DNA from: an uncultured Ruminococcus sp.
GTDB lineage: Bacteria > Bacillota > Clostridia > Oscillospirales > Ruminococcaceae
Assembly: GCA_902780695.1 (NCBI GenBank)
Contig: CACZGM010000008.1
Coordinates: forward strand, 509-64,508
DNA: 64,000 nucleotides
Direction of reading: 5' to 3'
The translations under genes and the position numbers were made by a program. Below are positions 25,214 to 33,942 of the stretch, piece after piece. How positions within the stretch are numbered: the first letter of the stretch is position 1; the number at the start of each line of letters is the position of its first letter. The notes beneath the pieces were generated by a model. It worked only from the letters and a program-made list of their open reading frames with translations, ran no database searches and had not been told where the DNA came from.

Positions 25214-27823
25214 AAGGATAACAGAGGACTGTCCGTAACGTCATCTGCGGCAGACATCACGACATGGGCAGAGCTTCAGGCAGCTCTCTCTGCGGGCGGC
25301 ACCGTCACGCTCACGCAGGACATAACAGCCGCACCGGACGATACCGGTCTGGTGATCCCGGCGGGTATGTCCGTCACCCTTGACCTTGCGGGCCGTATGA
25401 TACACAGAGGTCTGTCATCGGCGCAGGCAGACGGATATGTTATCAGAAATGAAGGGACCCTTACAATAAAGGATTCCGGTGTAGTTTCCGGCGGTAGTAT
25501 ATCCGGCGGTTATAACACCGGCAGCGGCGGCGGTATACATAACGCCGGTACTCTCGTGTTTGAAGGCGGCAGTATTGTGCGCAATAAAGCGGCTTCCGGC
25601 GGCGGTATATATAACAGCGGATCACTTACGCTCAGCGGCGGCATGATAAACGGAAACAGTGCTGATGACAACGGCGGCGGTGTGTATTTACAGGGCGGCG
25701 GTTTCATCATCAAGAACGGTTCCCGTATAGCTCTCCATGGCAATACGGCAAATGGAACGGAGAACAACGTTTATCTCCCCTCCGGCAAGACTATCACAGT
25801 CACCGATGTACCCGCAACCGACTCGATGATAGGCGTTACCACAGAGGTTGCGCCCACCGCGGGCAGACCCGTGCCGATAACAGGCGTTTACTCGTCCGAC
25901 AGCTGTACATTTTTTACAAGCGATAATCCGGCTTATTCCGTGGGTAAGATCGGCGGTATTGCGTATCTGTATGTCGGTGAGCTTCTGACCCCGTGGAAAC
26001 AGCTTCAGAAAGATATGGCTGTGGGCGGTGAAATAACCCTCACACAGAACGTGACTGCGGAAGCGGACGATACCGCTCTTGTGGTTCCCGAGGACAAGAC
26101 AGTCACCCTCGACCTCAACGGCTATACCATAGACAGAGCGCTGACCGCTCCGGCAGAAGACGGCTCTGTTATCTTCAACTATGGCACTCTTACCATAAAG
26201 GATTCCGGCACCGGCGGTAAAATAACCGGCGGAAACTACTCTGATGTCATGGGCGGCGGCGGCATACACAATCGCGGCACGCTTGCGCTCACAGGCGGCA
26301 CTATTTCCGGCAACACCGCACAGTGCGGCGGCGGTATAGTCAATTCCAATTCCGGCATATTCACTATGTCCGGCGGTACAATTTCCGGAAATACAGCAGA
26401 CGGCAGCTACGGCGGCGGCGGCGTATTCAATTGCAACATATTCACTATGTCCGGCGGTACAATTTCCGGCAATACGACAACAAGCAGCGGCGGCGGTATA
26501 TACAATCGCGGCGGCGAACTTACGCTCACAGGCGGCACTGTTTCCGGCAACATCGGAAAGTCCGTCGGCGGTATATATCTCACAAACGGTCCTACGGGAG
26601 ACGGCACATTCACTATGTCCGGCGGCAAAATCTCCAATAATTCAGCTTTAACAGACGGCGGCGGTGTTAGGATCTATAGCTCCCACTTCACTATATCCGG
26701 CGGCACAATATCCGGTAATACAGCTTCAGACGGCGGCGGTGTATCTATCGAAGACTCCAACGGTTTGTATGCTAACCCCAGCACATTCACAGTCAAGTCC
26801 GGTTCCGTTATAACTATCTCCGGCAATACCGCAGACGGCGAGACAAACAACGTTTATCTCCCTTCCGGCAAGACTATCACAGTAGAAAGCACTCCGACAG
26901 CAGGTTCGGAGATAGGCGTGACCACAGAGGGCATACCCGCCACCGACAGCCCCGTTGATATAACGACCGATTATAACGGCGATGCTTCGTGTTTCAAAAG
27001 CGATAACACCGCTTATACGGTAATAAAAGCAGAAGGAAATACTCCCGCACAGCTTGCGCTGCTGCCGACATACACGATAACATTCGATCCGCAGGGCGGT
27101 ACAGTTACCCCCACTTCCGCGGTTACAGGTGCTGACGGTAGGCTTGCCTCTTTCCCGACACCTGTCCGCAGCGGATATTATTTCGTCGGCTGGTACACAG
27201 AGGGCGGTCTTGCGGGCGTGCATGTTCCGGCAAATACCGTATTCGACACAGATACAACTGTCTATGCGCACTGGAAAGTCAATGGTTCCGGCTACGGTCC
27301 GGGATTTGGTCCCGGGACATCTGATCCGACAGACACCGGAGGGACAAGCTCCGGCACTGGAGACAGCAGCGACGTTTCTGACGGCACAGACGGTACGGAC
27401 GGCACAGACGGTACTGACGGCACAGACGGTACTGACGGTACAGACGGTACGGACGGTACAGACGGTACGGACGGTACAGAGGGTACTGACGGTACAGACG
27501 GTGCAGACGGTGCAGAAGGCACAGACGGTGCAGACGGTGCAGAAGGCACAGACGGTGCAGACGGTGCAGAAGGCACAGACGGTGCAGACGGTACAGACGG
27601 TGCAGACGGTACAGACGGTGCAGACGGTACAGACGGTTCCGACGGTACTAACGGCACTGACGGTACCAACGGCACGGACGGTACTGACGGTACTGACGGC
27701 ACCAACGGTACCGGCAGAGATCCCAACCCTAATACAAACAGTCCTCTCAACGGACTTGCGGTGCTTGTAATGTGCACTGCCGCTGCTGTGGCTGCGTTCA
27801 CAGTAAATAAGAGAAAGAATTAA
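25214..27823 (+). CDS. large surface-protein gene: two beta-helix (Pmp-like GG[AI]xN) modules, Listeria-Bacteroides repeat, collagen-like GXY stalk, C-terminal anchor; no ATG and no signal peptide (possibly 5'-truncated)
   Basis: Frame is open from 25214 (after TGA 25211). First in-frame start is GTG 25352, inside a repeat module. Repeats of GGTISGNTA..GGG. YTITFDPQGGTV..GYYFVGWY. About 36 GXY triplets. NPNTN..hydrophobic..KRKN tail. Confidence 0.7.
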   Translation, partial: KDNRGLSVTSSAADITTWAELQAALSAGGTVTLTQDITAAPDDTGLVIPAGMSVTLDLAGRMIHRGLSSAQADGYVIRNEGTLTIKDSGVVSGGSISGGYNTGSGGGIHNAGTLVFEGGSIVRNKAASGGGIYNSGSLTLSGGMINGNSADDNGGGVYLQGGGFIIKNGSRIALHGNTANGTENNVYLPSGKTITVTDVPATDSMIGVTTEVAPTAGRPVPITGVYSSDSCTFFTSDNPAYSVGKIGGIAYLYVGELLTPWKQLQKDMAVGGEITLTQNVTAEADDTALVVPEDKTVTLDLNGYTIDRALTAPAEDGSVIFNYGTLTIKDSGTGGKITGGNYSDVMGGGGIHNRGTLALTGGTISGNTAQCGGGIVNSNSGIFTMSGGTISGNTADGSYGGGGVFNCNIFTMSGGTISGNTTTSSGGGIYNRGGELTLTGGTVSGNIGKSVGGIYLTNGPTGDGTFTMSGGKISNNSALTDGGGVRIYSSHFTISGGTISGNTASDGGGVSIEDSNGLYANPSTFTVKSGSVITISGNTADGETNNVYLPSGKTITVESTPTAGSEIGVTTEGIPATDSPVDITTDYNGDASCFKSDNTAYTVIKAEGNTPAQLALLPTYTITFDPQGGTVTPTSAVTGADGRLASFPTPVRSGYYFVGWYTEGGLAGVHVPANTVFDTDTTVYAHWKVNGSGYGPGFGPGTSDPTDTGGTSSGTGDSSDVSDGTDGTDGTDGTDGTDGTDGTDGTDGTDGTDGTEGTDGTDGADGAEGTDGADGAEGTDGADGAEGTDGADGTDGADGTDGADGTDGSDGTNGTDGTNGTDGTDGTDGTNGTGRDPNPNTNSPLNGLAVLVMCTAAAVAAFTVNKRKN
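27383..27715 (+). repeat. 9-bp-periodic tandem repeat encoding (G-T/A-D/E/N)n
   Basis: ggYacNgaY units are repeated without interruption. All six frames stay open, producing shadow ORFs. Confidence 0.9.
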
Positions 27824-27844
27824 ACGGAAAACCGGATAAAAAAT

Positions 27845-27880
27845 GCCGTGACTGTCGGAGCTGACAGCCACGGTATTTTT
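27845..27880 (+). terminator. terminator after the surface-protein gene
   Basis: CCGTGACTGTC...GACAGCCACGG stem followed by TATTTTTATT. Confidence 0.6.
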
Positions 27881-28400
27881 ATTGTGAAGCAAATACATAA
27901 ACCTGTGTCTCAAGTGCAAAATACGCTGTTCATGAAGCGAATAAGATGAATCTCCGTCAATGATCTCAAAACCGAAAATATCATAAAGGCGCAGAGTTTA
28001 GGCTCTGCGCCTTTTTGTGCGGTTCGGAACGGACGAAAAACACGCTCTGAGCCGTTTTTGATATGTGGGTAGGGTAATATCATTACCCGTGTATTTTGCA
28101 CGGCGTACAGCGCGAAAAAATGCCGTTTTTCTACCCGGATTCGCCTATTTCGGAGATGTCCTGCACCCGCTGTTTTTCTCCCAATTTTAATATGCTGGCA
28201 CGATGAACGCTTCGTTCACCGTAACTGTTGCATTTCGGTGCCATTTCGCCATCAAAACCGCCCTATTAACAGGGGAATATGGCAGTAACATAACATTAGC
28301 CATATATCCATACTGCCGAATAGACAGTAGTGATATTTTCCCTGTTAGCATGGCGGTTTTCAGCTGAATAAGAAACTTTTGAGAATAATAAGTAAACCTC

Positions 28401-28429
28401 TTGACTTCGGCACTTAAAAGTGCTATCAT
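28401..28429 (+). promoter_or_regulatory. promoter of tnpV
   Basis: TTGACT, 17-nt spacer, TATCAT. Confidence 0.5.
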
Positions 28430-28473
28430 ATAAAAGCAGGGAAACCAACAAAATCTTGAAAGGAGCGCAGACT

Positions 28474-28860
28474 ATGACAACAACAGCATTACCGCAGACA
28501 ATGACTGAGAACGGCATAACTTACCGTTTGGATGAGACGACGCAGACCTATCTGCCGGATTGGGAACTGCCGGAGCAGAAACCAATCGGCAAGTACGGGC
28601 TAATGAGGCTCGACTACTTAAAGAAACACCGCAGAGCAACCTCTCAGGCAATGCTCATTCGCGGAACATTGAACGCACACCTGTCGGATACTGACGAAGC
28701 CGCACACCAACGCTTGAATGTGATGTTGCCAAGACTGGCGAAGTCGGCAGGCGTGACGGAGCAGCTCAAAGCCGAGAGCCCGATGAAGTGGGCAGGCTTG
28801 ATGAACACATTGAAAGCACAGGCAGAAGAAGTGATACTTGATGAGCTCATACACTGCTGA
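28474..28860 (+). CDS. tnpV: TnpV-family transposon-associated protein
   Basis: ATG 28474 after AAAGGAG. IGKYGLMRLDYLKKHRR, GTLNAHL, GVTEQLKAESPMKWAGLMNTLKAQAEEVILDELI resemble Tn4451 TnpV. Confidence 0.7.
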   Translation: MTTTALPQTMTENGITYRLDETTQTYLPDWELPEQKPIGKYGLMRLDYLKKHRRATSQAMLIRGTLNAHLSDTDEAAHQRLNVMLPRLAKSAGVTEQLKAESPMKWAGLMNTLKAQAEEVILDELIHC

Positions 28861-28876
28861 AAACACGAACAAATAG

Positions 28877-28906
28877 ACGGCAACGGTCATTTCCGCTGCC
28901 GTTTTT
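28877..28906 (+). terminator. intrinsic terminator after tnpV
   Basis: ACGGCAACGG...CCGCTGCCGT stem followed by TTTTT. Confidence 0.7.
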
Positions 28907-28947
28907 CCTTTTTCGTAAGGAAAGCACAAACTGTAACTATTTTTTTT

Positions 28948-29041
28948 GTTTAGTTCATTCGGCGTATGAGGTCAGACTAAACTAACAAAAATCAGCTATT
29001 TTACTGCGTTTAGCTCATCTGCGCCACCGCTTCGACTAAAC
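28948..29041. repeat. two tandem ~35-nt units, each closed by GTTTAG...CTAAAC
   Basis: 28948-28982 and 29008-29041 both start GTTTAG(T/C)TCAT, end GACTAAAC and are followed by (T)AACAAAAAT. Confidence 0.6.
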
Positions 29042-29285
29042 AAAAATGCACGTTAAAACGCCCAAATCTGAGGTTACAGATTTATGCAAAAAGTAGATTT
29101 AAGATTCATCCGAAGGTGAATTTATACGCTCCACTGCACTGAAAATGTTAGCTTTCCAATATCATAAAAAATACGGTAAGTCAACAGGCTTTTTGAACAA
29201 AATATATTCTTTATCGGAATATAGTATTTGTGTATTATTCCGAATTGTAGATATTTTTCTCAAGTAGGGGGATAACAAAAAGTTG

Positions 29286-29314
29286 TTGACATTTTCTTCC
29301 TGACCTGTTATTAT
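29286..29314 (+). promoter_or_regulatory. promoter of the island 3 HTH-primase-helicase operon
   Basis: TTGACA, 17-nt spacer, TATTAT. Leaves a ~225-nt leader before ATG 29541. Confidence 0.55.
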
Positions 29315-29540
29315 ATTCTTACACGAACGCTTTGTGCCATTAACGTCCGTGTCAGCTCCTTGAAAATTGAATATGCCGATTTTTCCGTCAAGACCAGTAA
29401 ATAGCCTTGACCCAAGATTGTCGAATTGTGTCGTCACGGACAATATATATGCAAAAACCCTATATTCCGCCTCCGATACATATCAAAAGTATATGTCACG
29501 GCAGTGCCGTGTAAGCAGTATGTACAAGGAGGATTCCATT

Positions 29541-29747
29541 ATGGAAAACAACAAGCGCAGAATGCTCACCATAGGAGAGGCGGCTCATCTGATCGAAGGT
29601 ATCACAGAGTACCGCATAAGACAGATGTGTAAATCCGGACAGCTTCGCTCGTTCAAAGCAGGCAACAAGTTTCTTATTGCTGAAAGCGACCTTTACGAAA
29701 CCGTTTTCGGAAAGTCCTCCGTCGTAATCGGCGGGGGCAAAGCGTGA
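29541..29747 (+). CDS. excisionase/MerR-like HTH DNA-binding protein
   Basis: AAGGAGGA RBS. MLTIGEAAHLIEGITEYRIRQMCKSGQLRSFKAGNKFLI. Confidence 0.7.
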   Translation: MENNKRRMLTIGEAAHLIEGITEYRIRQMCKSGQLRSFKAGNKFLIAESDLYETVFGKSSVVIGGGKA

Positions 29748-30370
29748 CGATATTTGAAACTGTCAGAGAGCAGATAGCACTGCCGGACGTGGCACAGCTC
29801 TACGGCATAAGCAGCAGAAGCGGGAACGTCAGGTGCATCTTCCACGCGGACAACACGCCGTCGATGAAGCTGTACGACGATCATTTCCATTGTTTTGGCT
29901 GCGGTGCTCACGGAGATGTGACCGACTTCACAGCGCAGATGTTCGGTCTGTCGAAACACGATGCAGCGAAAAAGCTATGCTCAGACTTCGGTATCTCGGA
30001 ATACACAGTCAGTCCTGCACCTAAAAAGTGCAGACCACTGATGACGGAACGGGAGAGAACACAGCTTGCGTTCGATGTCCTCACGGACTATCTCGTAATG
30101 CTGAAAGACTTCCGCGCCGTGTACGCTCCGCTTGATGAAAGCGAGAGCCTTGATCCGAGATTTGTCGAGAGCTTGCAGCAGCTTGACTATGCTGAAAACT
30201 TGTGGGATATGCTGCTCGACCTCACAGACGATGAGCGAGCGGCGTTCATCACAGAGAACGCAGGACAGTTCCGAAGCTATTATGACAGATTGAAGCAATT
30301 TGGCAGATTACGACCGAAATTACAAAGGGGGTACACTATGCGTACCCCACTGAAAGAAAGGACAGCGTAA
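29744..30370 (+). CDS. CHC2 zinc-finger (DnaG-primase-type) protein
   Basis: CIFHADNTPSMKLYDDHFHCFGCGAHGDV. GTG start overlaps the upstream stop. Confidence 0.75.
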   Translation: MTIFETVREQIALPDVAQLYGISSRSGNVRCIFHADNTPSMKLYDDHFHCFGCGAHGDVTDFTAQMFGLSKHDAAKKLCSDFGISEYTVSPAPKKCRPLMTERERTQLAFDVLTDYLVMLKDFRAVYAPLDESESLDPRFVESLQQLDYAENLWDMLLDLTDDERAAFITENAGQFRSYYDRLKQFGRLRPKLQRGYTMRTPLKERTA

Positions 30371-31680
30371 TGGGCATAAAGACAAAAGGCAGATGTATTT
30401 GGTACAACGGAAAAGATGTGTATGAAGTATCGTTTTGTAACGAGTTCCTGAAAGAACACCCGATGAAATTCGTTGACGGAAAGTTCTACAACACAGACGG
30501 TGCAGTCGATATTCAGACCGTGCGGAAGATGATCTCGGACAAGCTGCTTGCCGAACAGGTGCAGAAAGATTTCGCAAAGCGGGTCAATGCGCTTACCGGT
30601 GCATTACAGAGCATCTGCTACACTCCGGATTTTGAGGGCAGCGAAAACGAAATTCACCTGCTCAACGGCGTGCTTACAACGGATATGGAGTTCAGACCAG
30701 ACGAACGGAAGATATGCAGAAATCGTCTGAACGTGAATTACAATCCGACAGCACCGGAACCGGAACGCTGGCTTGCGTTTCTGAATGATCTGCTTGAACC
30801 GGAGGACATTAAGACCTTGCAGGAGTATATGGGGTACTGTCTCATTCACTCCACCAAAGCGCAGGCTATGCTGTTCATCACCGGAAACGGCGGCGAGGGC
30901 AAGTCACGCATCGGAGTTGTGATGTACAAGATTTTCTCCGAAGCGGCTTACTTTGGCAGCATTACCGACCTCGCAGGAGACAAATTTCTGAAAGCAAACC
31001 TTGTCGGAAAAATGGTTCTCATCGACGATGATATGAACCTTGAAGGTCTGAAAGATACCAGTTTTCTGAAATCACTGGCGACTGCGGAAACTCCGATAAC
31101 CGTGCAGGCAAAATGCAAACAAGGCATACAGGTCAAGCTGAAATGCCGCGCGATGTGTTTCGCCAACGGAGCACCTAAATCGCTTTATGACAAGACCGAC
31201 GGCTGGGAACGCAGGCTGATAATTCTCTCGGCAAAACCTGTTCCGAAAGGCAGAGTGAATGACCCATATCTCGCAGAAAAGTTATGCGGCGAGATCGATG
31301 GCATCTTCCTTTGGGCATACAAGGGTCTGCGTCGTCTGATCGCTAACGATTACAAGTTCTCGATAAGCGAACGTGCTCGCGGAAACCTCTTACAGATGAA
31401 AGAGGATAACTGCAACATCATCAGCTTCCTCAAAGACGAACAGCTCATAAAGTTCGGTGACGGACTGGAATGTTCGACAGCGGACTTGTATTCTGCTTAC
31501 TGTTACTGGTGCAACCTGAACAGCGTGACCGCGCTCAGACGCGAGAGCTTTAACTTGTGGCTGAAAAACAATCACAGCAAATACAATATCGAGTACAGTC
31601 ACAACATTGTGAGCCGTTCGAGCGGGAAGAAAGCCCGGGGTTACAAAGGGATAGATACTCTCTATCGGAATTATATCTGA
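30370..31680 (+). CDS. D5/P4-family primase-helicase C-terminal domain protein (intact paralog)
   Basis: 436 aa, Walker A GNGGEGKS, Walker B VLIDDDM. Aligns along the island 2 copy. Confidence 0.8.
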   Translation: MGIKTKGRCIWYNGKDVYEVSFCNEFLKEHPMKFVDGKFYNTDGAVDIQTVRKMISDKLLAEQVQKDFAKRVNALTGALQSICYTPDFEGSENEIHLLNGVLTTDMEFRPDERKICRNRLNVNYNPTAPEPERWLAFLNDLLEPEDIKTLQEYMGYCLIHSTKAQAMLFITGNGGEGKSRIGVVMYKIFSEAAYFGSITDLAGDKFLKANLVGKMVLIDDDMNLEGLKDTSFLKSLATAETPITVQAKCKQGIQVKLKCRAMCFANGAPKSLYDKTDGWERRLIILSAKPVPKGRVNDPYLAEKLCGEIDGIFLWAYKGLRRLIANDYKFSISERARGNLLQMKEDNCNIISFLKDEQLIKFGDGLECSTADLYSAYCYWCNLNSVTALRRESFNLWLKNNHSKYNIEYSHNIVSRSSGKKARGYKGIDTLYRNYI

Positions 31681-31695
31681 CAGCAAATTAAAAAT

Positions 31696-31866
31696 CGGTG
31701 TCTTTGATGTCTTTGGTGTCTCAATTCCCACGGTTAAGCCAACGGGAAAAGACATCAAAGTACATCTCGGAGACGTCTCCGAGACATCGCCTGAGACACC
31801 GGTTGATGTTGTAAAAATCCGATAATAGAGTGAGTTTACGGAAGCAAGAGACGGCAAAGACACCGA
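31696..31866. repeat. GGTGTCT/AGACACC and GACATC repeat cluster with 12-bp palindrome (iteron-like; candidate ori)
   Basis: CGGTGTCTTTGATGTCTTTGGTGTCTC, AAGACATCAAAG, GGAGACGTCTCC, GAGACATC, GAGACACCGG and AAAGACACCG, directly after the helicase stop. Confidence 0.45.
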
Positions 31867-31981
31867 AAATCAAGTCGATAATTATTATGAAAAAAATCAG
31901 ACTTCTCGGATGAAAAAATGATGATGATTCCGAAAAAGCAGATTATGGAAAAATGATCGGAAACTATACCAGCAAGCATAT

Positions 31982-31999
31982 GATTATGGTACCATAATC
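31982..31999. promoter_or_regulatory. 18-bp perfect palindrome upstream of mobC (oriT/operator candidate)
   Basis: GATTATGGTACCATAATC. Followed by a second inverted repeat, TTTTCGGGA(16 nt)TCCCGAAAA, at 32003-32038. Confidence 0.35.
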
Positions 32000-32135
32000 A
32001 CCGTTTTCGGGAACTTTTGCTACTCAGCTGTCCCGAAAAACTTAGCTTGTTGGGGAGAACCCCAAACCCCCGAAGCTTGAAAAAATTATCTTTGTAGAAC
32101 GATTTAAAAAATGGATTTCTGAAAGGAAAAACAGA

Positions 32136-32465
32136 ATGGAAAATCTTACAAGACCGATACAAATTAAGTTCAGAGTTACCGAGCAGGAACGTGATGTTAT
32201 CTGTCAGAGAATGGAGCTTATGGGTATAACAAACCTCAGTGCATATATGCGGAAAATATCACAGGACGGCTTTCTCTATACAGTAAATATTGACGGCTTG
32301 CCGGAGATTTGTAAAGAAGTCGAAGCGATCGGTCAGAATATAAATCAGGTAGCCAAGAGAGTTAATTCCACAAATACGATCTACGCCGAGGACATCAGAC
32401 AGATGAAAGCGGAGTTGGATCGGATATGGGATCTACTGAAAAAAATCCTGAGTAAGATACCTTAA
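32136..32465 (+). CDS. mobC: MobC-family relaxosome accessory protein
   Basis: 109 aa. RVTEQERDVI and IGQNINQVAKRVNS, the typical MobC G.N.NQ.A+..N motif. Confidence 0.75.
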   Translation: MENLTRPIQIKFRVTEQERDVICQRMELMGITNLSAYMRKISQDGFLYTVNIDGLPEICKEVEAIGQNINQVAKRVNSTNTIYAEDIRQMKAELDRIWDLLKKILSKIP

Positions 32466-32508
32466 ATATTTTTCATACACAGTTCGGCATTTCGAAGGTT
32501 TCTCGTAT

Positions 32509-32529
32509 GCGTGCTTCCTGCACGCTTTT
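32509..32529 (+). terminator. terminator after mobC
   Basis: GCGTGC-TTCCT-GCACGC followed by TTTT. Confidence 0.55.
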
Positions 32530-32584
32530 GGAACCCTTCTTTATGGCTTCGTGCCATATCGCAAGGAATTTTCCTCGTGACTAC

Positions 32585-32614
32585 TTGACAAAATCACGCT
32601 TTAAAGTGTATAAT
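32585..32614 (+). promoter_or_regulatory. promoter of the island 3 integrase
   Basis: TTGACA, 18-nt spacer, TATAAT. Confidence 0.6.
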
Positions 32615-32661
32615 AGTAGCGACAGGAAATGCCTTGTGAATTATCAGGAGGAATAATTGCA

Positions 32662-33870
32662 ATGGCGAATATTTCAAGACGTGGCGACAGCTACAGAATA
32701 AAAGTCTTTTGCGGATACGATGTCAATGGAAAACAGGTAGTTCAGACCAAAACGTGGAAGCCACCGGAGGGTCTTACCGACAGACAGGTAAAAAAAGAAC
32801 TCGACAGACAGGTTCTTCTGTTCGAGGAATATTGTAAACGCGGACAGGTGACCGCTACTATCAAGTTTCAGACATTCGCGGAACAGTGGTTCGATGAATA
32901 CGCGACGATAAATCTCCGCAGCACATCTTTGGAAAGACAGAAGCAGCTTACGAAAAGAGTATATCCCGCGCTCGGACATCTTCGTCTCGACAAGATAACG
33001 AGCCGTGACATTCAGAAGTTCGTGAACGATCTTGTAACTAAAGAGAAGAATATGAACACGGGCAAGCCGCTTTCGCGCAAGACGATAGTTCATCATCTGA
33101 GCTTCATCTCGGACGTGTTCGGGTACGCGGTGCGAATGGAAATGTTGTGTGACAACCCCTGCCGGCGCGTGGTAATACCGAAGGGCGAAGCAAAGGAGAA
33201 AGAGATCTACACTCTCGAAGAAGTGGAAGCGATCTTCGCTGCTCTCGAAACCGAACCCTTGAAGTACAAGACCTTCATTATTCTCGCTGTGTACAGCGGA
33301 TTCAGGCGCGGAGAAATGCTTGGATTGGAATGGAAGGATATTGACTGGGAACACAGCGTCATCAGCGTAAAGCGTACCTCTAACTACACGGGCAAGAAGA
33401 ACGGAATCTACACCGATACCACAAAGACGAAAAAGTCGCAGCGTTCGCTGAAATTCCCGCCGATAGTAATGGATATGCTCAGACAGTTCAAGGCGGAGCA
33501 GGACAGAGACCGTGAACAGACCGGAGACAAGTGGATTGATACGGACAGGCTGTTCGTCAAGTGGAACGGACTTCCGATGCACAACAATACACCGTATTTC
33601 TGGTTTTCGGAGTTCTGCGAGAAACACGGCTTCCGCTTCTGTGACATTCACAGCCTTCGTCATCTTCATTGTTCGCTTTTAATCAATGCGGGCATAGATG
33701 TGGTAGCTGTGTCGGGCGATTTAGGGCACTCCTGCGTCGGAACAACTTTAAATCTGTATTCCCATATGTTCCAGGAGGCAAAGGCTCGTAACTGCGACGC
33801 GATAACGGCAGCGCTCTCGTTCGGGAAGAAGGAAGAAAAGACGGACGAATCCGAGAAAAAGGCGTCATAA
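32662..33870 (+). CDS. tyrosine site-specific integrase (paralog of 22686..23876)
   Basis: ATG 32662 after AGGAGGAA. SGFRRGEMLGLEWKD, HSLRHLHCSLL, GHSCVGTTLNLYSH. Next to the tRNA-Glu. Confidence 0.9.
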   Translation: MANISRRGDSYRIKVFCGYDVNGKQVVQTKTWKPPEGLTDRQVKKELDRQVLLFEEYCKRGQVTATIKFQTFAEQWFDEYATINLRSTSLERQKQLTKRVYPALGHLRLDKITSRDIQKFVNDLVTKEKNMNTGKPLSRKTIVHHLSFISDVFGYAVRMEMLCDNPCRRVVIPKGEAKEKEIYTLEEVEAIFAALETEPLKYKTFIILAVYSGFRRGEMLGLEWKDIDWEHSVISVKRTSNYTGKKNGIYTDTTKTKKSQRSLKFPPIVMDMLRQFKAEQDRDREQTGDKWIDTDRLFVKWNGLPMHNNTPYFWFSEFCEKHGFRFCDIHSLRHLHCSLLINAGIDVVAVSGDLGHSCVGTTLNLYSHMFQEAKARNCDAITAALSFGKKEEKTDESEKKAS

Positions 33871-33911
33871 ATTCGGCGGTTTTTTACGAAAAATATAAGC
33901 AAAAATACGAT

Positions 33912-33942
33912 CTGCCACTTATTTCTCGAAAATAAGTGGCAG
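33912..33942 (-). terminator. 13-bp-stem hairpin oriented with tRNA transcription
   Basis: CTGCCACTTATTT-CTCGA-AAATAAGTGGCAG. A U-rich tract follows on the minus strand. ATAAGTGG is repeated again at 33943-33950. Confidence 0.5.

Noticed and set aside
27383-27715. Whether the short periodic repeats, or the three 23-bp repeats, could be a CRISPR array.
   Set aside because: The 9-bp units have no spacers and lie inside a coding frame. The 23-mers are ~10 kb apart and equal the tRNA-Glu 3' end. No cas genes are present.
26726-27919. Long ORFs on the minus strand and in other plus frames (26726..27919, 27129..27770, 27292..27801) across the GXY repeat.
   Set aside because: They are shadows of the 9-bp periodic repeat, which lacks stops in all frames. 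Their products are low-complexity (CTV/SVP/QTV) strings with no RBS.
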